Made by a program: the position numbers and the translations under genes
Assembly (NCBI GenBank): GCA_963733835.1
Contig: CAVTER010000010.1
Span: 36,404 to 100,403 of the forward strand
Length of the DNA: 64,000 bases
DNA from: an uncultured Spirochaetota bacterium
GTDB lineage: Bacteria > Spirochaetota > Spirochaetia > SZUA-6 > Fen-1364
Direction of reading: 5' to 3'
The notes under the pieces: model-generated
Told to the model about the DNA's origin: nothing
What the model saw: the letters and a program-made list of their open reading frames with translations, nothing else
Databases searched by the model: none
Shown here: piece after piece, positions 53,404 through 63,134 of the stretch
Numbering within the stretch: position 1 is the first letter of the stretch
How the letters are laid out: each line of letters starts with the position of its first letter

Positions 53404-55667
53404 TGATGGACAGCGAGAGCACTCACAGCAGCGAAGCCGATGGCGGGGGTATCGATTCCCTCAGGATGTTCGAGGACCTGGGACGCACGGCACTCAGGGA
53501 CATGGCCGGCTCTGTCGAGTGGATCCGCGTGGAGAAGGGGCAGACCCTCTTCCGCCAGGGCGACCCCGCCGACGCGCTGTACGTCGTGCGGGAGGGGACG
53601 CTGCACGCCACCGTGAACGACGAGCGGTGCGGCCCCACCCTCGTCGGCGAGATGGGGCCCGGCTCCCTTGTCGGCGAGATCGCGCTCCTCATGGGCGGCC
53701 GGCGCAGCGCCACCGTTGCCGCGGCGGAGCCGGCGACGCTGGGCCGCCTGGGGGCGGCCGAGGCGGATGCCCTGCTCTCGCGCAACCCCGAGATGAGGCG
53801 CCGGATGCTCGACATCGTCCGCCAGAGGCTGCGCCGGACACAGTGGCTGAAGATCCTCCCCGCATACTTCGGGCAGATCGACCGGGACAACTACGGGCTC
53901 ATCGAGTCGCGCTTCGAATGGGTGCACCTGTCCCGGGGGGAGACGCTGTTCACCGCCGGGGATCCGGCGGACTGCCTGTACTTCCTCGTGCACGGTCTGC
54001 TGCACGTGATCTCCCGCGACGCCGGCGGCAGGGACAAGGCCGTGGGCGCCATCTCCCGCGGGGAGGTGGTCGGGGAGACGGCGATCCTGGAGGGGGAGAG
54101 GCGCACGGCGTCGGTGTGCGCGGTGCGCGACAGCGACATGGTTCGCCTGACGAAGGGCGGGTTCGACGAGATCAACAGGATCCATCCCGGGATCACCGTT
54201 GCGATCCTGTCGACAATCGTGAACCGCCTGCGGGAGCGCGGCCGGATGACCCGGCGGTGCGGCGCGGTCACCATCGCCCTCGTGCCGGCAGGGCCCCGGG
54301 TGCCCCTCGCCCAGTTCGCCCGCAGGCTGCGGGCGGCGCTGGGCTGCATGGACAGGGCCGCCCTCCTGGACAGCGCGGCCGTGGACGCCGAGTTCGCCTC
54401 GGCGGCCGGCATCGCCCAGGCCGGGGACGACGATCCACTCCACCTGGGCCTCCTCGCGTGGATGGAAGAGCGCGAGGCGCACAACGATTTCCTGCTCTAC
54501 CAGGCCGATCCTGGACCCACGCCCTGGACACGGCGCTGCATCCGGCAGGCCGACCAGGTCCTGGTTGTCGGCCTGGCCGGCGACGACCCTTCTCCCGGGG
54601 CGATCGAGCGGGAGCTGCTGCGGGAGAATACGGGAATCACGGCGGCGCCGCAGACCCTGGTGCTCATCCACCGGGAGGCGGAGGCTCTCCCGTCGGGCAC
54701 GCGCGCGTGGCTGGAGGGGCGCCGCCTGGCCGGCCACCTGCACGTGCGCTGGGACCGCGAGGACGACGTGGCCCGCGCGGCACGGATCGTGAGCAGGCGG
54801 TCGGTCGGCCTGGTGCTGGGAGGCGGCGGCGCCCGCGGGATGGCACACCTGGGCGTGCTGCGGGCGCTGGAGGAGCGGGGGATTCCCGTGGACGTGATCG
54901 GGGGCGCGAGCATCGGCTCCATCGTAGGAGGCGCCTACGCCATGGGCATGGGCACCGGGGGCCTGCTGGACCTCTGCAGGGACAGCTTCCAGAAGAAGAA
55001 CCCCTTCAACGACTACACGCTGCCCGTCGTCGCGGTCCTGCGCAGCCGCAAGATCGAGAGGGCCGCGCGCGAGGCCTACGGCGACACCCGCATCGAGGAC
55101 CTCTGGCTGAGCTTCTTCTGCGTCTCCTGCAACCTCGCCTCCTGCGACGTGAAGGTGCACGACGCGGGGCCGCTCTGGGAGGCCGCGCGGACCAGCTCGT
55201 CGCTGCCCGGGATCATGGTCCCCGTGCTGCATGGCGGGGAGGTGCACGTCGACGGCGGGGTCATGAACAACCTGCCCGGCGACATCATGCGCCAGAGGGC
55301 GGGCATCGTGATCACGGTCGACGTGGACTGCCGGGAGAACATGAGGGCTGACCTTGCCTCCTTCCCCTCCCAGTGGGCGGTGCTGCGCAGCAGGCTCCTG
55401 CCGGGGAAGACGCGCTCCCCGCTCCCCACCGTCGCGGACATCATGATGGCGACCATCATGACCGGGTGCCGCAAGAGCGCGGACGCCGCGAAGGCCGACG
55501 CCGACCTGAGCCTCGAGCCGCCCGTGCGGGGGATCGGCATCCTGGACTTCAAGTCGCTGGAGAAGACCGCGGAGGAGGGGTACCTCTACACGCGGGACAT
55601 GCTGGACCGGCTGCCGGCAGACTCGCCCCTGCGGAGGTACTTCGGCACGGCGGTGGAAGCCTCGTAG
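53404..55667 (+). CDS. Cyclic-nucleotide-binding patatin-like phospholipase (NTE family)
   Basis: Two cNMP domains (GEIALL..RSA; GETAIL..RTA), GGGGARG, GASIG, DGG. Confidence 0.92.
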
Positions 55668-56265
55668 CCCTGCGCCCCCTCCCCAGGGGGAGGATGGCGA
55701 GCGCCACCACGTCCGTGACCAGGAATGCCACGACCACCCATTCCAGCCACCGAACCTGTCCGAAGGCCGCCGACACGACATCGAACCCCCAGGTCGCGAC
55801 GCAGATCGCCGCGAGCGCCCGGGGAAGCGCTGCCCCGAGCAGCCCCGCGATGCCGGTGAGGGCGACCGCGGTGCCGAAGGCGGCGTAGGTGGCGATCGAG
55901 AACCACGAGTGCATGGGCATCATGTCTTCGGAGAAGACGCCCGTCATGATGAAGGACGCCGCGGCGATGGTGCCGAAGAGGCGCACCAGGAGCGACAGGA
56001 CCCGCACTGCCCGCCCCTCTCCCCACGAGCGGCCGTCGAGGGCCAGGAAGAACACGACGAGTCCTGCCCCTCCCAGGATCCCGCCCAGCCGGTAGAACAG
56101 GGCCCCCGCGGGATTCAGATCGTTGCTGCCGAGGTCGCTCAGCCAGTTCCCCCACGGAGTGAAGGCGGCCGGGTAGAAAGCGCGCGCGGCGACCGCCGCG
56201 GCGATGTAGACGCCGACTGCGGCGAGCCCCGCCGCGGTGGCGAGGCGATGCCTGGCGCCACTCAT
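55549..56265 (-). CDS. DUF998-like integral membrane protein; 3' end uncertain
   Basis: NWLSDLG, GVFSED..H, about 5 TM helices, ATGA coupling to the GMC gene. Confidence 0.7.
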   Translation of the reverse strand: MSGARHRLATAAGLAAVGVYIAAAVAARAFYPAAFTPWGNWLSDLGSNDLNPAGALFYRLGGILGGAGLVVFFLALDGRSWGEGRAVRVLSLLVRLFGTIAAASFIMTGVFSEDMMPMHSWFSIATYAAFGTAVALTGIAGLLGAALPRALAAICVATWGFDVVSAAFGQVRWLEWVVVAFLVTDVVALAILPLGRGRRATRLPPPCRSTSAGASLPAAGPACPACRGTPPPRSSPAT

Positions 56266-58151
56266 GCGCACAGGGATTTCCCTGCCGTCTCGGCCCGCGG
56301 CCGCTGCCGGCCGGCACAGATCCTTCCGATGCGCATCGCGAGCGCCATGATCGTGAGGATGGGAGGGTTGCCCAGCGAGGCGGGGAAGAGCGAGGCGTCG
56401 GCAACGTAGAGGTTGGACGGGAGCCGGTCGGGGTGAAGGGTTTCGGCATCGGCTGCCGTGAGGGGAACCGTTCCTCCCGGGTGGCCGGCGTTGAGGGTGC
56501 CGAGAAAGATCGTCCGCCTGTCCACCCCGACCTTCTCGAAGATGCTCATGCACAGCTCGACCGCTTCGGCGAGCCGGGCCCGGTCGGCCTCCGTGAGGGC
56601 CTTCTGGATTCTCTCGCCTCCGCCGGTCGAGACGCTGCCGCGCTCCGTGTCGGCCAGTTTGATCATCAGGCCGAGCATGCCGTCGACGGGGCGGCGCCAG
56701 CCCCGGTTGAAAAGGAGACTCACGTAGTCGAGGTAGGGGGAGACGATGTAGCCGGGCCGCTGCACCACGAAGGGCATGGGGATCTCGGCGAGCTGTCCGC
56801 TCCCGGGCCACGGTGCTGCCACGCACAGCACGGGGTCCACGAACAGGCGCGGCTCGCAGGCGACCCCGGACCTCTCGAGGATGACAGGGGTACCCAGGCC
56901 GCCCGCCGCAAGCACGACGAGATCGGCGGGGTAGTGGATCGTGCGCAGGCCGCGGCGTGCCAGCACGCCGACCGCCTTCCCGTCGCGGATGACGACCCTC
57001 CGCACCTTCACGCCCCGCTCCAGCACGGCGCCGCGCCGGACCGCCTCGTCGAGGAATCGGCGGCTGTCCCACTTGGCCCCGGTCGGGCAGCCCAGCACGC
57101 AGCGGCCGCAGCGTCGGCACCTGGCGAAGTCGATCATCTTGGGCGTGGGGCGCGGTGAAAGACCGAGCTCCCCGCAGGCGGCAAACAGGCGGTGGGTCGC
57201 CGGCGTCCACCTGTGCCCGTGATCCGTGTCCTGCGGGACTTCGCGGCCGAGATCCGCGAACTCGTCGTCCAGCCGGATGCCCAGTCCCGCCAGCGCGCCG
57301 TCGACACGCATGGCGTTGCCCGCGCTCAGCGTGGTGGTCCCGCCGGCGCCACGCCCGTTCACGACCAGCATGCCGGCGGCGGCCTTTCTCACCCGCATGG
57401 CGGGGAACGCGAGCCCGATCACGCGCGCGTTGAGAAGCAGGCCCCAGTCCCGCAGCCGCTCCATCCCGCGTTGGGGCATGGAGAAGGGACGGAAGTCCCT
57501 GCCCGCCTCGAGGACGGTGACCCGGAAGGCGCCCTGCAGCTCGCGCGCCGCGGCCGCGCCGCCCGCCCCGCTTCCCACCACGATGGCGCGCGGGACGGCC
57601 TGCCGCGCGGTGCCCAGCCGGGCACGGCACTGCGCGCAGCCCTCCGTGATGCGCTGGCTGAATGCGAGCTCGCATCCGCCGGTGAGACCGGAGAACAGGC
57701 CGCTGTCCATCGCCGAGATGACCGCGCAGACCCGCGGGGAGTAGTACCTGCTGAACAGGCAGCGCCGCACCACGACGTCGCCCGTCCGGGGGTTTCCCCT
57801 GAGATCGACGCCCAGACCGCGGTAGATCGCGCGGGCGGCCGCGAGCGCATCGGCGGTGTCGGCGATGCCCAGCCGGGCCCGGTAGACCCTGCCCAGGTGC
57901 AGCGCCGAGCGGTGCAGCCGCGCGGCAACCCCATCCAGGTCATTCCCTCGGGCCAGTGCCTGCTCTGCCCACTCGGAGCTCGCCCGTGCGAACTGTTCCC
58001 GACGACGACGGAGCGACCGTCCGCGCGCGGGTGGGACCTCGCGGGAGAAAGCGGCGGCGGTGCGGCCGAACAGCTCCTCCAGCCCTCGGCGAAGCGCTGC
58101 CCGCGGCACGTACAGCCGCAGGAGAGCGAGGCTGGCCCGCGCCGCGATCAT
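56262..58151 (-). CDS. Fusion of an N-terminal ATC-hydrolase/V4R-like domain and a GMC family FAD oxidoreductase
   Basis: RCLFSRYYSPRVC..D..QRITEGCAQC; VVGSGAGG, GGTT, CRRCGRCVLGC, HPGGT, ADAS, NPP. Confidence 0.82.
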   Translation of the reverse strand: MIAARASLALLRLYVPRAALRRGLEELFGRTAAAFSREVPPARGRSLRRRREQFARASSEWAEQALARGNDLDGVAARLHRSALHLGRVYRARLGIADTADALAAARAIYRGLGVDLRGNPRTGDVVVRRCLFSRYYSPRVCAVISAMDSGLFSGLTGGCELAFSQRITEGCAQCRARLGTARQAVPRAIVVGSGAGGAAAARELQGAFRVTVLEAGRDFRPFSMPQRGMERLRDWGLLLNARVIGLAFPAMRVRKAAAGMLVVNGRGAGGTTTLSAGNAMRVDGALAGLGIRLDDEFADLGREVPQDTDHGHRWTPATHRLFAACGELGLSPRPTPKMIDFARCRRCGRCVLGCPTGAKWDSRRFLDEAVRRGAVLERGVKVRRVVIRDGKAVGVLARRGLRTIHYPADLVVLAAGGLGTPVILERSGVACEPRLFVDPVLCVAAPWPGSGQLAEIPMPFVVQRPGYIVSPYLDYVSLLFNRGWRRPVDGMLGLMIKLADTERGSVSTGGGERIQKALTEADRARLAEAVELCMSIFEKVGVDRRTIFLGTLNAGHPGGTVPLTAADAETLHPDRLPSNLYVADASLFPASLGNPPILTIMALAMRIGRICAGRQRPRAETAGKSLCA

Positions 58152-58153
58152 CC

Positions 58154-60997
58154 CTACGCGGCCGCGCACGTCGCCTGCCCGCGGGTGTCCGAGCCGACGT
58201 GGACGATCCCCGCCGCCGGGCTGGGAATGGGAGTGGGGTCGTACAGGGCCTCGATCTGGCACGCGCGCCGGTCGGCGACGACCCGGCGGCGGATCTTGAG
58301 GTTGCCAGTGAGCTCCGCGGCCTCGATCGAGAGAGGCTCGGCGAGCACGGCCCACCGCTTGACCCGCTCGACCCGGGACAGGCCGTCGTTGTGCCTGCGG
58401 ATCGCCTCGTCCATCTCCGCGAGAGCCTGCGGGGTCGCGGACAGCTCGGTCAGCCAGAGCAGCGCGCAGACCCAGGGCCTGCCTTCCCCGACAAGGACAG
58501 CCTCTGCAACACCGGGGATCTCGCGGAGCCCCGCCTCGATGCCGGACGGGTGGATGTTCTTGCCGTACGAGGTGACGATGATTTCCTTCTTCCGTCCGCG
58601 GATGAGAAGGTGACCTGCCGCGTCGAGCGCTCCCAGGTCGCCGGTCGCGAGCCAGCCGCCGGCGATGGGCAGGCTGCCCGCGCCGTCGCCGACGACCTCG
58701 GCCACCTGCGGGCCGCGCACGAGGATCTCACCGTCCTCCGCGATCCGCACCTCGGTTGCCGGCAGGGGGCTGCCGACCGTGCCCAGGCGGTTTCGGCCCA
58801 GCCGGTTCAGGGTGACCAGCGGCGCCTCGGTGAGGCCGAATGCGTTGTGCAGCTCGATGCCCAGCGCGTGAAACCGCGCGAGCAGCCCGGGCGGGCAGGG
58901 GGCCGACCCGACGATGAGCTGCGCGCAGCGGTCGAGGCCTGCCCTTGCCAGCAGCGCGCGGCAGAGCAGGGACCGCACGAGGTTCCCGAGCGGCGACGGC
59001 TGTGACGCGGGGCCCGCGACGGCCTCGGCCAGCCGGCCCGCCGCACTCTCGCGGAAGCGATCCCACACCTTCTCGTAGAAGCGGGGGACGGAGAAGAAGA
59101 TGGTGGGGCGGACGCGCGGGAGGGCCTGCGCCAGGCCGTGGAAGTCCTCGAGGAAGGTGATGTCCACGGGGGCGGGGACCCAGGCCGGAGCATAGGCCCC
59201 GAGGATGCCCTCCACCACGTGGTTCATGGGCAGGAACGAGAGGTAACGGGCCGGCGCCGTGCGCGCTTTCCAGGGCAGGAGCGCGCTCATGGCCTGGGCC
59301 ATCCACACGAGCTGCCCGTGGCGGAAGCCGACCCCCCTGGGCGTGCCCGTCGTGCCCGAAGTAAAGCGCAGGGTGGCCAGGTCGGACGGGCCCACCGGCG
59401 CGCGCACGTCGAGCCGGCCCCGGTGCGAGGTTGCCGCGGACAGAGCCGTGCTGCCGAGTGCCACGAACGATTCCCATGGCATGACCCACCGCGCCACGTC
59501 CTCGGGCAGAGGCCCGCGGCAGAAGGAGGCGACGGGCACGACCCCGCGCAGCGCGCCCAGGCGCGCGAGGAGGTCCGGGGCACCCACGAGCAGCAGCCGG
59601 GCCCCCGAGGCCTTCACGATCTGCTCGATCTCGGCAGCGGGGGAGGTGTAGTACAGGGGAACGCTCACGGCCCCGGTGAGCCCGATGGCCGTGTCGAGGG
59701 AAAGATAGCGGCTCGAGTTCAGCCCCACGAGGGCGACCCTGTGGCCGCGGCCGACACCCAGCGCGCCCAGCGCGCCGCATGCCCCGACGATCTCGCGGCT
59801 CACCTCGGCCCCGCTGCGCGTGCGGATTGCACCGTCCACGGCGTCGTGCACCCGCACGGGCAGCCGCTCGCTCTGCAGCCGGGCCAGGACCTGCTCGTGG
59901 ACCGTGGCCCCGGATTGTCTCAGGAAGCCCTTGTCGGCGGCGTAGCGCAGGAGGCGGGGGATAATGGAGTGCCAGTCCGGCACGTACGGGCCGAGCAGGC
60001 GCTCGACGTTGTCCCGGCGGAACCGGCGGTTCTCGGTGAAGTAGGAGAGAAGGAAGCTCGGCAGGCCCAGGCGCGCGGCCCCGGGAATCCGTGAGAGCCT
60101 CTCGGCCGGAATGAAGCGGGGTGCCGGCAGGCGCACAGCCAGGTTCGCCTCTGCCCAGGCCCGCGCTGCCTCGAGCAGGTCTTTCGCACGGGGAAGGTTC
60201 CCGGCCTCCACGGTGAGGTGGAAGGTCAGGCCCGCGGCCCGCTCGTCGAAGGCGAGCCGGGCCACCGCGTCGGCCACGTAGTCCACGGGGACCATGTTCG
60301 CGCGCAGGTCGGGTGCGGAGGGGATGATCCGCAGCCGGCCCGAGAGGTACATCCGCAGCGGGACGTAGATGGTGTTGAAGCAGCGGATCTCGCCGGTCTG
60401 CGAGTCCCCGACCACCATGCCCGGCCGGAAGACCGACACGGGGAACTCGGCCATGGCCCCGCGCACGAGGGTCTCCCCCTCGAACTTTGTCTGCTCGTAG
60501 GTGTTGGAGAACCCGAAGCTGTCGGTGAGGTCATCTTCGGCCACCTCGCCCGCGCGGCCCCCGGCAACATAGGCGGTGGAGACGTGCGCAAATCTCGCCA
60601 GGCCGTGGTGGGCGTGCGCGGAGCGCGCGAGATCCAGCACGTGCGCGGTGCCCTGCACGTTGCTGCGGCGCATGTCCTCCAGCGCCCCGTCGAAGCGCAG
60701 CTCGGCCGCGGTGTGCACGACGTGGGTCACGCGCCGGGAGAGTTCGGTCCACGCCTCGGGGGCGAGCCCGAGCAACGGGAGCGTCACGTCCCCGACAAGA
60801 GGCTCGACCCGGCCGCCGATGGACTGCACGGCCTCGGGCCAATCCCACCAGGCGCGTGCGAGCCGCTGCCCCGCCTCTTCCGCGTCGCGCGCGCGCACCA
60901 GGGCCACGACGGTGTGGTCCGTGTTGGACACGATGCGCCGCGCCACCTGGGCTCCAAGGAACCCCGTGGCCCCGGTCAGGAGGACTACGCCACCCAT
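58154..60997 (-). CDS. Fusion of a fatty acyl reductase (NAD_binding_4) and an AMP-dependent acyl-CoA synthetase
   Basis: LTGATGFLG, VSTAYV, YEQTK, VPVDYVA; FTSGTTGTPRG, FGLTE, TGDLG, GRKKEII. Confidence 0.88.
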   Translation of the reverse strand: MGGVVLLTGATGFLGAQVARRIVSNTDHTVVALVRARDAEEAGQRLARAWWDWPEAVQSIGGRVEPLVGDVTLPLLGLAPEAWTELSRRVTHVVHTAAELRFDGALEDMRRSNVQGTAHVLDLARSAHAHHGLARFAHVSTAYVAGGRAGEVAEDDLTDSFGFSNTYEQTKFEGETLVRGAMAEFPVSVFRPGMVVGDSQTGEIRCFNTIYVPLRMYLSGRLRIIPSAPDLRANMVPVDYVADAVARLAFDERAAGLTFHLTVEAGNLPRAKDLLEAARAWAEANLAVRLPAPRFIPAERLSRIPGAARLGLPSFLLSYFTENRRFRRDNVERLLGPYVPDWHSIIPRLLRYAADKGFLRQSGATVHEQVLARLQSERLPVRVHDAVDGAIRTRSGAEVSREIVGACGALGALGVGRGHRVALVGLNSSRYLSLDTAIGLTGAVSVPLYYTSPAAEIEQIVKASGARLLLVGAPDLLARLGALRGVVPVASFCRGPLPEDVARWVMPWESFVALGSTALSAATSHRGRLDVRAPVGPSDLATLRFTSGTTGTPRGVGFRHGQLVWMAQAMSALLPWKARTAPARYLSFLPMNHVVEGILGAYAPAWVPAPVDITFLEDFHGLAQALPRVRPTIFFSVPRFYEKVWDRFRESAAGRLAEAVAGPASQPSPLGNLVRSLLCRALLARAGLDRCAQLIVGSAPCPPGLLARFHALGIELHNAFGLTEAPLVTLNRLGRNRLGTVGSPLPATEVRIAEDGEILVRGPQVAEVVGDGAGSLPIAGGWLATGDLGALDAAGHLLIRGRKKEIIVTSYGKNIHPSGIEAGLREIPGVAEAVLVGEGRPWVCALLWLTELSATPQALAEMDEAIRRHNDGLSRVERVKRWAVLAEPLSIEAAELTGNLKIRRRVVADRRACQIEALYDPTPIPSPAAGIVHVGSDTRGQATCAAA

Positions 60998-62310
60998 TCG
61001 ACGCTCCCTTCCCGAGCAGCCGCCGGGGTCTCCGCGCGGGGCTCGGCACCGGGGGAAACGGCGCGGCACAGCCCGCGGCTGCAGATGAACTCGCGCAGGA
61101 GCCGGCGGTTCTGCCGGGCCAGCCCCAGGTGCTCCTCGTAGCCGCGCGCGAGGCTCGCCTGCTGCAGGCCGGGGTTCTCCAGGAGCCGATCGACCCTCTC
61201 CCGCAGCCCCTTGAACAGCTTCAGCGCGGGGAAGGTGCAGGCGAGGCTGCCGCCCTCCTCGGGATCCATGAACCACTCCTCCTTCAGCCCGATGTCCGCA
61301 TAGATGGTGGAGAGCCGGGTATCGTGGTGCACCGCCACCTGGGGGACTGCCGCCGCCATGGACAGCACCGCCGCGTGGTAGCGGGAGGTGACCAGGAGGT
61401 CCAGGCCGCGAAGCAGCCAGGTCATCCGCGAGGCGTTGTGCTGCCGGGCAGAGAACACACGGGCGCTGTCGGCGTGCCGCATGCGCTCGTGCACCTGCTC
61501 GGCCAGGGCCTCGTCGAGCTGCTCCATGCAGATCAGCGCAACGGCCTTCCCGGTCTTCTGGACAACGTGGTCGGCCAGCCGGGCGTACCCGCGGGCAAGC
61601 GTCTGGCTCGCCCGCGCGCGCTCGGGAGAGCTGGAGAAGTAGTAGGGCCACTTGTAGCGCAGCGCGCGGGGCCCCCAGGGACGCATGACCGCGGGGAACA
61701 GGCTGAAGTCGACCATGGCGAACCCCACGACCCCGCCGGCCGCGCGGGGCCACTCCCGTGCCAGCCACCCGCGGTCGGGCTCGCCTGCCGGGAAGGTGAA
61801 GGCGTTGTCGGCGGTGGACCGGATCGGCGCGGTGACCCCCATCGCGGCGAGCCGCGCGGCAGCGGCCCTGTTGCGCGTGATGATCGTGTCGGTCCTGCTG
61901 GCGACACGGCGCACGAGGCGCGCGTTGCCGGGCTTCAGCGTGCCCGCATCCACCGCGTAGGCCAGGCACGGCTTTCCCAGCGCCGCGGCGCAGTGGGACG
62001 CCCACAGGAAGCACCACAGCAGCGGGCTGCCCCAGCTGTCCATGTACGTGGAGCCTTCCACCAGCAGCACGAGGTCGCTCTCCCGGACCAGCCTTCGCAC
62101 CGCGGCGAAGAAGACGGTGGGGATGGGGACGATGCGCAGGGCAGGGCCTTCCGTGACGTACCGGCGCAGGTTGGCCGGGTTCAGCGTGGGGACAGTGATG
62201 TGCGCATCCGCCCCCAGGACGGCGCGCACGTCTTCGATGTCGGAGGCAAGAAGGGCTTCTGCCCCCGTGTTGTTTGCCCCGTTGTAGCCGACCATCAGGA
62301 CGCGGATCAT
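60985..62310 (-). CDS. Polysaccharide pyruvyl transferase family protein
   Basis: VGYNGANNTGAEA, ITRN, TADNAF, VTSRYHA. Confidence 0.82.
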   Translation of the reverse strand: MIRVLMVGYNGANNTGAEALLASDIEDVRAVLGADAHITVPTLNPANLRRYVTEGPALRIVPIPTVFFAAVRRLVRESDLVLLVEGSTYMDSWGSPLLWCFLWASHCAAALGKPCLAYAVDAGTLKPGNARLVRRVASRTDTIITRNRAAAARLAAMGVTAPIRSTADNAFTFPAGEPDRGWLAREWPRAAGGVVGFAMVDFSLFPAVMRPWGPRALRYKWPYYFSSSPERARASQTLARGYARLADHVVQKTGKAVALICMEQLDEALAEQVHERMRHADSARVFSARQHNASRMTWLLRGLDLLVTSRYHAAVLSMAAAVPQVAVHHDTRLSTIYADIGLKEEWFMDPEEGGSLACTFPALKLFKGLRERVDRLLENPGLQQASLARGYEEHLGLARQNRRLLREFICSRGLCRAVSPGAEPRAETPAAAREGSVEWVA

Positions 62311-62324
62311 GAGGTCACTCTCCT

Positions 62325-63038
62325 TCACTGTGCGTATGCCATGAGAAGCTCTGCGCCGCGGGATGCGCGGACCCTGCGCAGCGCACGCTTCTCTATGCTT
62401 CTCACGCGCTCGCTGCTCAGCCCGTGCTTCCTGGCCGCCTCCCGCAGCGGGAGCGCCCGCCCGCCGATGCCGAACCTGTCCTCCAGGATGCGCGCATCGC
62501 GCCGGGGAAGCCCTGCGAGGGCCGACCGGACCTGCTCCCGTACTGCAACACCGGCCAGGGCATCTTCCGGCCGCAGGGCCTTCGGATCGGCCAGGCGGGC
62601 CCAGAGGGGTTCCCCGTCCTCGTCATCCCCCGCCGTTCCGTCCAGCGAGAGAACAGACGGGGCCCCCTGCGCGAGCCCGCGGCCAAGCGCCTCCAGCATT
62701 GCCCGGCGGACATACCAGGCCGCGTACGAGACGAACCGCACGCCGCGGTCGGGGTCGAACCTGCCCGCCGCCTGGATGAGCCCGATGTTGCCCTCGTTCA
62801 CGAGGTCTTCGAACGGAACGCTCCGGTTTCGATACTGCCTGGCCACCATGATCACGAACCGCAGGTTTCCCTGGATCAGCCTCTGCCGCGCCTGCTCATC
62901 GCCCTGGGCCGCGAGCCGTGCGCAGGTCCGCTCCTCCTCGGCCGCGAGCAGCGGGATGCCGCCCAGCTCCCGCAGGTACAGGTCCATCGCGCACTGCCCG
63001 CCGCCCGTTGCCCGCCTCTCCGCAGTCATGTCATCCAT
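62325..63038 (-). CDS. Sigma-70 family sigma factor (RpoD/RpoS-like regions 1.2, 2 and 4; region 3 largely missing)
   Basis: YLRELGGIPLL, NLRFV, DLVNEGNIGLIQAAGRFDP, FVSYAAW, SERVRSIE. Confidence 0.87.
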   Translation of the reverse strand: MDDMTAERRATGGGQCAMDLYLRELGGIPLLAAEEERTCARLAAQGDEQARQRLIQGNLRFVIMVARQYRNRSVPFEDLVNEGNIGLIQAAGRFDPDRGVRFVSYAAWYVRRAMLEALGRGLAQGAPSVLSLDGTAGDDEDGEPLWARLADPKALRPEDALAGVAVREQVRSALAGLPRRDARILEDRFGIGGRALPLREAARKHGLSSERVRSIEKRALRRVRASRGAELLMAYAQ

Positions 63039-63134
63039 TGTCGCCCTCCAGGGCCCCGGGCGCATCGGGCGCCTGATGGATTGCCTCTCGCACAAATGTG
63101 GGAGCGGACGTCTCATCCATTTGGCGCCCGCGGG

